Assembly (NCBI RefSeq): GCF_009914755.1
Contig: NC_060925.1
DNA length: 64,000 nucleotides
Origin: the human T2T-CHM13v2.0 reference genome, Homo sapiens
Strand: one strand, 5' to 3'
Both the position numbers and the translations under genes were made by a program. Below, in pieces: positions 1-12,930 of this stretch. Every line of letters begins with the position of its first letter. Position 1 is the first letter of the stretch. Below the pieces are notes generated by a model. The model did not search any database, was not told the DNA's origin, and worked only from the letters and a program-made list of their open reading frames with translations.

Positions 1-728
1 TGGAAATGAATGGAATCATCATCGAATGGAATCGAATAGAATTATGGAATGAAATCCAGTGTGATCATCATCGAATGGACCCGAATGGAATCATCATCCA
101 ACGGATGCTAATGGAATCAACATCGAATGAATCAAATGGAAACACCATCGAATTGAAACGAATGGAATTACCATGAAATTGAAATGGATGGACTCATCAT
201 CGAATGGATTCGAAAGGAATCATCGAATAAAATTGATTGAAATCATCATCGAATGGAATCGAATGGTATCATTGAATGGAATCGAATGGAATCATCATCA
301 GATGGAAATGAATGGAATCGTCATAGAATGGAATCGAATGGATTCATTGAATGGAATCAGATGGAATCATTGAATGGACTGGAATGGAATCATTGAATGG
401 ACTCGAAAGGGATCATTATTGAATGGAATTGAATGGAATCATCGAATGGTCTCGATTGGAATCATTATCAAATGGAATCGAATGGAATCACCGAATAGAA
501 TCGAATGGAACAATCATCGAATGGACTCAAATGGAATTATCCTCAAATGGAATTGAATGGAATTATCGAATGCAATCGAATGGAATTATCGAATGCAATC
601 GAATAGAATCATCGAATGGACTCGAATGGAATCATCGAATGGAATGGAATGGAACAGTCAATGAACTCGAATGGAATCATCATTGAATGGAATCGAATGG
701 AATCATCGAGTGGAATCGAATGTAATCA

Positions 729-780
729 TCATCAAATGGAATCAAAAATAACCATCATCAAATGGAATCAAAAATAACCA
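729..780 (+). repeat. Perfect 26-bp tandem duplication (tcatcaaatggaatcaaaaataacca x2) marking the main 1308-bp unit lineage
   Basis: Read directly at 729-754 and 755-780. It recurs in the 1308-bp units of 1-5404, 22721, 30266 and 35593-43440, and is single-copy in the other units. Confidence 0.92.
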
Positions 781-800
781 TCATCAATTGGTATTGAATG

Positions 801-822
801 GAATTCTCATCAAATGGAATTC
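801..822. other. Paired EcoRI sites (GAATTC at 801 and 817); the second is the once-per-unit site that yields 1.77-kb fragments in canonical units
   Basis: gaattctcatcaaatggaattcaaagg here, versus gaattgtcatcaaatggaattcaaagg (one site) in 1776-bp units. Confidence 0.88.
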
Positions 823-3800
823 AAAGGAATCATCATCAAATGGAACCGAATGGAATCCTCATTGAATGGAAATGAAAGGGGTCATCATCTAATGGAATCG
901 CATGGAATCATCATCAAATGGAATCGAATGGAATCAACATCAAATGGAATCAAATGGAATCATTGAACGGAATTGAATGGAATCGTCATCGAATGAATTG
1001 AATGCAATCATCGAATGGTCTCGAATGGAATCATCTTCAAATGGAATGGAATGGAATCATCGCATAGAATCGAATGGAATTTTCATCGAATGGAATCGAA
1101 TGGAATCAACATCAAAAGGAAAAAAACGGAATTATCGAATGGAATCGAAGAGAATCACCGAATGGACCCGAATGGAATCATCTAATGGAATGGAATGGAA
1201 TAATCCATGGAATCGAATGCAATCATCATCGAATGGAATCGAATGGAATCATCGAATGGACTCGAATGGAATAATCATTGAACGGAATCGAATGGAATCA
1301 TCATCGGATGGAAATGAATGGAATCATCATCGAATGGAATCGAATAGAATTATGGAATGAAATCCAGTGTGATCATCATCGAATGGACCCGAATGGAATC
1401 ATCATCCAACGGAAGCTAATGGAATCAACATCGAATGAATCAAATGGAAACACCATCGAATTGAAACGAATGGAATTACCATGAAATTGAAATGGATGGA
1501 CTCATCCTCAAATGGATTCGAGTGGAATCATCGAATAAAATTGATTGAAATCATCATCGAATGGAATCGAATGGTATCATTGAATGGAATCGAATGGAAT
1601 CATCATCAGATGGAAATGAAAGGAATCGTCATAGAATGGAATCGAATGGATTCATTGAATGGAATCAGATGGAATCATTGAATGGACTGGAATGGAATCA
1701 TTGAATGGACTCGAAAGGGATCATTATTGAATGGAATTGAATGGAATCATCGAATGGTCTCGATTGGAATCATTATCAAATGGAATCGAATGGAATCACC
1801 GAATAGAATCGAATGGAACAATCATCGAATGGACTCAAATGGAATTATCCTCAAATGGAATTGAATGGAATTATCGAATGCAATCGAATGGAATTATCGA
1901 ATGCAATCGAATAGAATCATCGAATGGACTCGAATGGAATCATCGAATGGAATGGAATGGAACAGTCAATGAACTCGAATGGAATCATCATTGAATGGAA
2001 TCGAATGGAATCATCGAGTGGAATCGAATGTAATCATCATCAAATGGAATCAAAAATAACCATCATCAAATGGAATCAAAAATAACCATCATCAATTGGT
2101 ATTGAATGGAATTCTCATCAAATGGAATTCAAAGGAATCATCATCAAATGGAACCGAATGGAATCCTCATTGAATGGAAATGAAAGGGGTCATCATCTAA
2201 TGGAATCGCATGGAATCATCATAAAATGGAATCGAATGGAATCAACATCAAATGGAATCAAATGGAATATTTGAACGGAATTGAATGGAATCGTCATCGA
2301 ATGAATTGAATGCAATCATCGAATGGTCTCGAATGGAATCATCTTCAAATGGAATGCAATGGAATCATCGCATAGAATCGAAAGGAATTATCATCGAATG
2401 GAATCGAATGGAATCAACACCAAACGGAAAAAAACGGAATTATCGAATGGAATCGAAGAGAATCATCGAATGGACCCGAATGGAATCATCTAATGGAATG
2501 GAAAGGAATAATCCATGGACTCGAATGCAATCATCATCGAATGGAATCGAATGGAATCATCCAATGGACTCGAATGGAATAATCATTGAACGGAATCGAA
2601 TGGAATCATCATCGGATGGAAATGAATGGAATCATCATCGAATGGAATCGAATAGAATTATGGAATGAAATCCAGTGTGATCATCATCGAATGGACCCGA
2701 ATGGAATCATCATCCAACGGATGCTAATGGAATCAACATCGAATGAATCAAATGGAAACACCATCGAATTGAAACGAATGGAATTACCATGAAATTGAAA
2801 TGGATGGACTCATCATCGAATGGATTCGAAAGGAATCATCGAATAAAATTGATTGAAATCATCATCGAATGGAATCGAATGGTATCATTGAATGGAATCG
2901 AATGGAATCATCATCAGATGGAAATGAATGGAATCGTCATAGAATGGAATCGAATGGATTCATTGAATGGAATCAGATGGAATCATTGAATGGACTGGAA
3001 TGGAATCATTGAATGGACTCGAAAGGGATCATTATTGAATGGAATTGAATGGAATCATCGAATGGTCTCGATTGGAATCATTATCAAATGGAATCGAATG
3101 GAATCACCGAATAGAATCGAATGGAACAATCATCGAATGGACTCAAATGGAATTATCCTCAAATGGAATTGAATGGAATTATCGAATGCAATCGAATGGA
3201 ATTATCGAATGCAATCGAATAGAATCATCGAATGGACTCGAATGGAATCATCGAATGGAATGGAATGGAACAGTCAATGAACTCGAATGGAATCATCATT
3301 GAATGGAATCGAATGGAATCATCGAGTGGAATCGAATGTAATCATCATCAAATGGAATCAAAAATAACCATCATCAAATGGAATCAAAAATAACCATCAT
3401 CAATTGGTATTGAATGGAATTCTCATCAAATGGAATTCAAAGGAATCATCATCAAATGGAACCGAATGGAATCCTCATTGAATGGAAATGAAAGGGGTCA
3501 TCATCTAATGGAATCGCATGGAATCATCATCAAATGGAATCGAATGGAATCAACATCAAATGGAATCAAATGGAATCATTGAACGGAATTGAATGGAATC
3601 GTCATCGAATGAATTGAATGCAATCATCGAATGGTCTCGAATGGAATCATCTTCAAATGGAATGGAATGGAATCATCGCATAGAATCGAATGGAATTTTC
3701 ATCGAATGGAATCGAATGGAATCAACATCAAACGGAAAAAAACGGAATTATCGAATGGAATCGAAGAGAATCACCGAATGGACCCGAATGGAATCATCTA

Positions 3801-6800
3801 ATGGAATGGAATGGAATAATCCATGGACTCGAATGCAATCATCATCGAATGGAATCGAATGGAATCATCGAATGGACTCGAATGGAATAATCATTGAACG
3901 GAATCGAATGGAATCATCATCGGATGGAAATGAATGGAATCATCATCGAATGGAATCGAATAGAATTATGGAATGAAATCCAGTGTGATCATCATCGAAT
4001 GGACCCGAATGGAATCATCATCCAACGGAAGCTAATGGAATCAACATCGAATGAATCAAATGGAAACACCATCGAATTGAAACGAATGGAATTACCATGA
4101 AATTGAAATGGATGGACTCATCCTCAAATGGATTCGAGTGGAATCATCGAATAAAATTGATTGAAATCATCATCGAATGGAATCGAATGGTATCATTGAA
4201 TGGAATCGAATGGAATCATCATCAGATGGAAATGAAAGGAATCGTCATAGAATGGAATCGAATGGATTCATTGAATGGAATCAGATGGAATCATTGAATG
4301 GACTGGAATGGAATCATTGAATGGACTCGAAAGGGATCATTATTGAATGGAATTGAATGGAATCATCGAATGGTCTCGATTGGAATCATTATCAAATGGA
4401 ATCGAATGGAATCACCGAATAGAATCGAATGGAACAATCATCGAATGGACTCAAATGGAATTATCCTCAAATGGAATTGAATGGAATTATCGAATGCAAT
4501 CGAATGGAATTATCGAATGCAATCGAATAGAATCATCGAATGGACTCGAATGGAATCATCGAATGGAATGGAATGGAACAGTCAATGAACTCGAATGGAA
4601 TCATCATTGAATGGAATCGAATGGAATCATCGAGTGGAATCGAATGTAATCATCATCAAATGGAATCAAAAATAACCATCATCAAATGGAATCAAAAATA
4701 ACCATCATCAATTGGTATTGAATGGAATTCTCATCAAATGGAATTCAAAGGAATCATCATCAAATGGAACCGAATGGAATCCTCATTGAATGGAAATGAA
4801 AGGGGTCATCATCTAATGGAATCGCATGGAATCATCATAAAATGGAATCGAATGGAATCAACATCAAATGGAATCAAATGGAATATTTGAACGGAATTGA
4901 ATGGAATCGTCATCGAATGAATTGAATGCAATCATCGAATGGTCTCGAATGGAATCATCTTCAAATGGAATGCAATGGAATCATCGCATAGAATCGAAAG
5001 GAATTATCATCGAATGGAATCGAATGGAATCAACACCAAACGGAAAAAAACGGAATTATCGAATGGAATCGAAGAGAATCATCGAATGGACCCGAATGGA
5101 ATCATCTAATGGAATGGAAAGGAATAATCCATGGACTCGAATGCAATCATCATCGAATGGAATCGAATGGAATCATCCAATGGACTCGAATGGAATAATC
5201 ATTGAACGGAATCGAATGGAATCATCATCGGATGGAAATGAATGGAATCATCATCGAATGGAATCGAATAGAATTATGGAATGAAATCCAGTGTGATCAT
5301 CATCGAATGGACCCGAATGGAATCATCATCCAACGGATGCTAATGGAATCAACATCGAATGAATCAAATGGAAACACCATCGAATTGAAACGAATGGAAT
5401 TACCATGAAATTGAAATGGATGGACTCATCATCGAATGGATTCGAAAGGAATCATCGAATAAAATTGATTGAAATCATCATCGAATGGAATCGAATGGTA
5501 TCATTGAATGGAATCGAATGGAATCATCATCAGATGGAAATGAATGGAATCGTCATAGAATGGAATCGAATGGATTCATTGAATGGAATCAGATGGAATC
5601 ATCGAATGGACTGGAATGGAATCATTGAATGGACTCGAAAGAGATCATGATTGAATGGAATTGAATAGAATCATCGAATGGTCTCGATTGGAATCATTAT
5701 CAAATGGAATCGAATGGAATCACCGAATAGAATCGAATGGAACAATCATCGAATGGACTCAAATGGAATTATCCTCAAATGGAATCGAATGGAATTATCG
5801 AATGCAATCGAATAGAATCATCGAATGGACTCGAATGGAATCATCGAATGGAATGGAATGGAACAGTCAATGAACTCGAATGGAATCATCATTGAATGGA
5901 ATAGAATGGAATCATCGAGTGGAATCGAATGGAATTATGATCAAATGGAATCGAATGTAATCATCATCAAATGGAATCAAAAATAACCATCATCAATTGG
6001 TATTGAATGGAATTGTCATCAAATGGAATTCAAAGGAAACATCATCAAATGGAACCGAATGGAATCCTCATTGAATGGAAATGAAAGGGGTCATCATCTA
6101 ATGGAATCGCATGGAATCATCATCAAATGGAATCGAATGGAATCATCATCAAATGGAATCTAATGGAATCATTCAACAGAATTGAATGGAATCGTCATCG
6201 AATGAATTGAATGCAATCATCGAATGGTCTCGAATGGAACCATCTTCTAATGGAAAGGAATGGAATCATCGCATAGAATCGAATGGAATTGTCATCGAAT
6301 GGAATCGAATGGTATCAACACCAAACGGAAAAAAACGGAATTATCGAATGGAATCGAAGAGAATCTTCGAACGGACCCGAATGGAATCATCTAATGGAAT
6401 GGAATGGAATAATCCATGGACTCGAATGCAATCATCATCGAATGGAATCGAATGGAATCATCGAATGGACTCGAATGGAATAATCATTGAACGGAATCGA
6501 ATGGAATCATCATCGGATGGAAACGAATGGAATCATCATCGGATGGGAATGAAAGGAGTCATCATCTAATGGAATTGCATGGAATCATCGTAAAATGGAA
6601 TCGAATGGAATCAACATCAAATGGAATCAAATGGAATCATTGAACGGAATTGAATGGAATCGTCATCGAATGAATTGAATGCAATCATCGAATGGTCTCG
6701 AATGGAATCATCTTCAAATGGAATGGAATGGAATCATTGCATAGAATCGAATGGAATTATCATCGAATGGAATCGAATGGTATCAACATCAAACGGGAAA

Positions 6801-9800
6801 AAACGGAATTATCGAATGGAATCGAAGAGAATCTTCGAACGTACCCGAATGGAATCATCTAATGGAGTGGAATGGAATAATCCATGGACTCGAATGCAAT
6901 CATCATCGAATGGAATCGAATGGAATCATCGAATGGACTCGAATGGAATAATCATTGAACGGAATCGAATGGAATCATCATCGGATGGAAATGAATGGAA
7001 GGATCATCGAATGGAATCGAATAGAATTATGGAATGAAATCCAGTGTGATCATCATCGAATGGACCCGAATGGAATCATCATCCAACGGAAGCTAATGGA
7101 ATCAACATCGAATGAATCGAATGGAAACACCATCGAATTGAAACGAATGGAATTATCATGAAATTGGAATGGATGGACCCATCATCGAATGGATTCGAAT
7201 GGAATCATCGAATAAAATTGATTGAAATCATCATCAAATGGAATCGAATGGTGTCATTGAATGGGATCGAATGGAATCATCGTCAGATGGAAATGAATGG
7301 AATCGTCATAGAATGGAATCGAATGGATTCATTGAATGGAATCAGATGGAATCATCGAATGGACTGGAATGGAATCATTGAATGGCCTCGAATGGAATCA
7401 TTATTGAATGGAATTGAATGGAATCATCGAATGGTCTCGATTGGAATCATTATCAAATGGAATCGAATGGAATCACCGAATAGAATCGAATGGAACAATC
7501 ATCGAATTGACTCAAATGGAATTATCCTCAAATGGAATCGAATGGAATTATCGAATGCAATCGAATGGAATTATCGAATGCAATCGAATAGAATCATCGA
7601 ATGGACTCGAATGGAATCATCGAATGGAATGGAATGGAACAGTCAATGAACTCGAACGGAATCATCATTGAATGGAATCGAATGGAATCATCGAGTGGAA
7701 TCGAATGGAATTATGATCAAATGGAATCGAATGTAATCCTCATCAAATGGAATCAAAAATAACGATCATCAATTGGTATTGAATGGAATTGTCATCAAAT
7801 GGAATTGAAAGGAATCATCATCAAATGGAACCGAATGGAATCCTCATTGATTGGAAATGAAAGTGGTCATCATCTAATGGAATTGCATGGAATCATCATC
7901 AAATGGAATCGAATGGAATCATCATGAAATGGAATCTAAGGGAATCATTGAACAGAATTGAATGGAATCGTCATCGAATGAATTGAATGCAATCATCGAA
8001 TGATCTCGAATGGAATCATCTTCAAATGGAAAGGAATGGAATCATCGCATAGAATCGAATGGAATTATCATCGAATGGAATCCAATGGTATCAACATCAA
8101 ACGGAAAAAAACGGAATTATGGAATGGAATCGAAGAGAATCTTCGAACGGACCCGAATGGAATCATCTAATGGAATGGAATGGAATAATCCATGGACTCG
8201 AATGCAATCATCATCAAATGGAATCGAACGGAATCATCGAATGGACTCGAATGGAATAATCATTGAACGGAATCGAATGGAATCATCATCGGATGGAAAC
8301 GAATGGAATCATCATCGAATGGAAATGAAAGGAGTCATCATCTAATGGAATTGCATGGAATCATCATAAAATGGAATCGAATGGAATCAACATCAAATGG
8401 AATCAAATGGAATCATTGAATGGAATTGAATGGAATCGTCATCGAATGAATTGAATGCAATCATCGAATGGTCTCGAATGGAATCATCTTCTAATGGAAA
8501 GGAATGGAATCATCGCATAGAATCGAATGGAATTATCATCGAATGGAATCGAATGGTATCAACACCAAACGGAAAAAAACGGAATTATCGAATGGAATCG
8601 AAGAGAATCTTCGAACGGACCCGAATGGAATCATCTAATGGAATGGAATGGAATAATCCATGGACTCGAATGCAATCATCATCGAATGGAATGGAATGGA
8701 ATCATCGAATGGACTCGAATGGAATAATCATTGAACGGAATCGAATGGAATCATCATCGGATGGAAACGAATGGAATCATCATCGAATGGAAATGAAAGG
8801 AGTCATCATCTAATGGAATTGCATGGAATCATCATAAAATGGAATCGAATGGAATCAACATCAAATGGAATCAAATGGAATCATTGAACGAAATTGAATG
8901 GAATCGTCATCGAATGAATTGACTGCAATCATCGAATGGTCTCGAATGGAATCATCTTCAAATGGAATGGAATGGAATCATCGCATAGAATCGAGTGGAA
9001 TTATCATCGAATGGAATCGAATGGAATCAACATCAAACGGAAAAAAACGGAATTATCGAATGGAATCGAAGAGAATCATCGAATGGACCCGAATGGAATC
9101 ATCTAATGGAATGGAATGGAATAATCCATGGACTCGAATGCAATCATCATCGAATGGAATCGAATGGAATCATCGAATGGACTCGAATGGAATAATCATT
9201 GAACGGAATCGAATGGAATCATCATCGGATGGAAATGAATGGAAGGATCATCGAATGGAATCGAATAGAATTATGGAATGAAATCCAGTGTGATCATCAT
9301 CGAATGGACCCGAATGGAATCATCATCCAACGGAAGCTAATGGAATCAACATCGAATGAATCGAATGGAAACACCATCGAATTGAAACGAATGGAATTAT
9401 CATGAAATTGAAATGGATGGACTCATCATCGAATGGATTCGAATCGAATCATCGAATAAAATTGATTGAAATCATCATCAAATGGAATCGAATGGTATCA
9501 TTGAATGGAATCGAATGGAATCATCATCAGATGGAAATGAATGGAATCGTCATAGAATGGAATCGAATGGATTCATTGAATGGAATCAGATGGAATCATC
9601 GAATGGACTGGAATGGAATCATTGAATGGACTTGAAAGGGATCATTATTGAATGGAATTGAATGGAATCATCGAATGGTCTCGATTGGAATCATTACCAA
9701 ATGGAATCGAATGGAATCACCGAATAGAATCGAATGGAACAATCATCGAATGGACTCAAATGGAATTATCCTCAAATGGAATCGAATGGAATTATCGAAT

Positions 9801-11154
9801 GCAATCGAATAGAATCATCGAAAGGACTCGAATGGAATCATCGAATGGAATGGAATGGAACAGTCAATGAACTCGAATGGAATCATCATTGAATGGAATC
9901 GAATGGAATCATCGAGTGGAATTGAATGGAATTATGATCAAATGGAATCGAATGTAATCATCATCAAATGGAATCAAAAATAACCATCATCAATTGGTAT
10001 TGAATGGAATTGTCATCAAATGGAATTCAAAGGAATCATCATCAAATGGAACCGAATGGAATCCTCATTGAATGGAAATGAAAGGGGTCATCATCTAATG
10101 GAATCGCATGGAATCATCATCAAATGGAATCGAATGGAATCATCATCAAATGGAATCTAATGGAATCATTGAACAGAATTGAATGGAATCGTCATCGAAT
10201 GAATTGAATGCAATCATCGAATGGTCTCGAATGGAATCATCTTCTAATGGAAAGGAATGGAATCATCGCATAGAATCGAATGGAATTATCATCGAATGGA
10301 ATCGAATGGTATCAACACCAAACGGAAAAAAACGGAATTATCGAATTGAATCGAAGAGAATCTTCGAACGGACCCGAATGGAATCATCTAATTGAATGGA
10401 ATGGAATAATCCATGGACTCGAATGCAATCATCATCGAATGGAATCGAATGGAATCATCGAATGGACTCGAATGGAATAATCATTGAACGGAATCGAATG
10501 GAATCATCATCGGATGGAAACGAATGGAATCATCATCGAATGGAAATGAAAGGAGTCATCATCTAATGGAATTTCATGGAATCATCATAAAATGGAATCG
10601 AATGGAATCAACATCAAATGGAATCAAATGGAATCATTGAACGGAATTGAATGGAATCGTCATCGAATGAATTGACTGCAATCATCGAATGGTCTCGAAT
10701 GGAATCATCTTCAAATGGAATGGAATGGAATCATCGCATAGAATCGAATGGAATTATCATCGAATGGAATCGAATGGAATCAACATCAAACGGAAAAAAA
10801 CAGAATTATCGTATGGAATCGAAGAGAATCATCGAATGGACCCGAATGGAATCATCTAATGGAATGGAATGGAATAATCCATGGACTCGAATGCAATCAT
10901 CATCGAATGGAATCGAATGGAATCATCGAATGGACTCGAATGGAATAATCATTGAACGGAATCGAATGGAATCATCATCGGATGGAAATGAATGGAATCA
11001 TCATCAAATGGAATCGAATAGAATTATGGAATGAAATCCAGTGTGATCATCATCGAATGGACCCGAATGGAATCATCATCCAACGGAAGCTAATGGAATC
11101 AACATCGAATGAATCGAATGGAAACACCATCGAATTGAAACGAATGGAATTATC

Positions 11155-12930
11155 ATGAAATTGAAATGGATGGACTCATCATCGAATGGATTCGAATGGA
11201 ATCATCGAATAAAATTGATTGAAATCATCATCCAATGGAATCGAATGGTATCATTGAATGGAATCGAATGGAATCTTCATCAGATGGAAATGAATGGAAT
11301 CGTCATAGAATGGAATCGAATGGATTCATTGAATGGAATCAGATGGAATCATCGAATGGACTGGAATGGAATCATTGAATGGACTCGAAAGGGATCATGA
11401 TAGAATGGAATTGAATGGAATCATCGAATGGTCTCGATTGGAATCATTATCAAATGGAATCGAATGGAATCACCGAATAGAATCGAATGGAACAATCATC
11501 GAATGGACTCAAATGGAATTATCCTCCAATGGAATCGAATGGAATTATCGAATGCAATCGAATGGAATTATCGAATGCAATCGAATAGAATCATCGAATG
11601 GACTCGAATGGAATCATCGAATGGAATGGAATGGAACAGTCAATGAACTCGAATGGAATCATCATTGAATGGAATCGAATGGAATCATCGAGTGGAATCA
11701 AATGGAATTATGATCAAATGGAATCGAATGTAATCATCATCAAATGGAATCAAAAATAACCATCATCAATTGGTATTGAATGGAATTGTCATCAAATGGA
11801 ATTCAAAGGAATCATCATCAAATGGAACCGAATGGAATCCTCATTGAATGGAAATGAAAGGGGTCATCATCTAATGGAATCGCATGGAATCATCATCAAA
11901 TGGAATCGAATGGAATCATCATCAAATGGAATCTAATGGAATCATTGAACAGAATTGAATGGAATCGTCATCGAATGAATTGAATGCAATCATCGAATGG
12001 TCTCGAATGGAATCATCTTCTAATGGAAAGGAATGGAATCATTGCATAGAATCGAATGGAATTATCATCGAATGGAATCGAATGGTATCAACACCAAACG
12101 GAAAAAAACGGAATTATCGAATGGAATCGAAGAGAATCTTCGAACGGACCCGAATGGAATCATCTAATGGAATGGAATGGAATAATCCATGGACTCGAAT
12201 GCAATCATCATCGAATGGAATGGAATGGAATCATCGAATGGACTCGAATGGAATAATCATTGAACGGAATCGAATGGAATCATCATCGGATGGAAACGAA
12301 TGGAATCATCATCGAATGGAAATGAAAGGAGTCATCATCTAATGGAATTGCATGGAATCATCATAAAATGGAATCGAATGGAATCAACATCAAATGGAAT
12401 CAAATGGAATCATTGAACGGAATTGAATGGAATCGTCATCGAATGAATTGACTGCAATCATCCAATGGTCGCGAATGGAATCATCTTCAAATGGAATGGA
12501 ATGGAATCATCGCATAGAATCGAATGGAATTATCATCGAATGGAATCGAATGGAATCAACATCCAACGGAAAAAAACGGAATTATCGAATGGAATCGAAG
12601 AGAATCATCGAATGGACCCGAATGGAATCATCTAATGGAATGGAATGGAATAATCCATGGACTCGAATGCAATCATCATCGAATGGAATCGAATGGAATC
12701 ATCGAATGGACTCGAATGGAATAATCATTGAACGGCATCGAATGGAATCATCATCGGATGGAAATGAATGGAATCATCATCGAATGGAATCGAATAGAAT
12801 TATGGAATGAAATCCAGTGTGATCATCATCGAATGGACCCGAATGGAATCATCATTCAACGGAAGCTAATGGAATCAACATCGAATGAATCAAATGGAAA
12901 CACCATCGAATTGAAACGAATGGAATTATC
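11155..12930 (+). repeat. Representative canonical 1776-bp unit
   Basis: Anchor-to-anchor distance is 1776 bp. It has a single GAATTC near 11799 and contains two copies of the 468-bp subunit. Confidence 0.93.
11846..12781 (+). repeat. Tandem pair of 468-bp internal subunits (a and b) within the 1776-bp unit
   Basis: gaatggaaatgaaagg(g/a)gtcatcatctaatgg recurs at 11846 and 12314. Paralogous pseudo-ORFs start at 11959 and 12427, 468 bp apart. The a copy has tcttctaatggaaagg, ggtatcaacacc and atcttcgaacgg; the b copy has tcttcaaatggaatgg, ggaatcaacat and atcatcgaatgg. Confidence 0.92.

Larger units (their letters stand above)
1..5404 (+). repeat. Block of 1308-bp units organised as a 2616-bp dimer
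   Basis: Anchors at 173, 1481, 2789, 4097 and 5405 are spaced 1308 bp. Diagnostic variants alternate: ttcgaaagg/aattttcatc/atcaccgaatggaccc in units 173 and 2789, versus cctcaaatggattcgagtgg/aatatttg/tgcaatgg/catccaatgg/ggatgct in units 1481 and 4097. Confidence 0.93.

Noticed and set aside
226-246. Possible DUX4/homeodomain site (aaaattgattgaaatca), and TEAD-like GGAATG motifs elsewhere in the unit
   Set aside because: HSATII is reported to bind DUX4, but this segment does not match TAAYYYAATCA cleanly on either strand. GGAATG is intrinsic to the repeat. No specific regulatory site can be supported without binding data.
1116-1130. A-tract (ggaaaaaaacgg) as a terminator or retroposon tail
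   Set aside because: It is only 7 A residues, has no hairpin or target-site duplication, and is a fixed part of the 468-bp subunit.
7158-7649. Longest ORFs (163 aa; also at 14707, 45194, 52743)
   Set aside because: They are chance read-throughs where single variants remove stop codons, and are not preserved in neighbouring units.
11846-12313. 468 = 18 x 26, suggesting a pure 26-mer ladder
   Set aside because: The subunit visibly mixes 23- and 26-bp sub-repeats with irregular segments, so the arithmetic is probably coincidental and was not verified.
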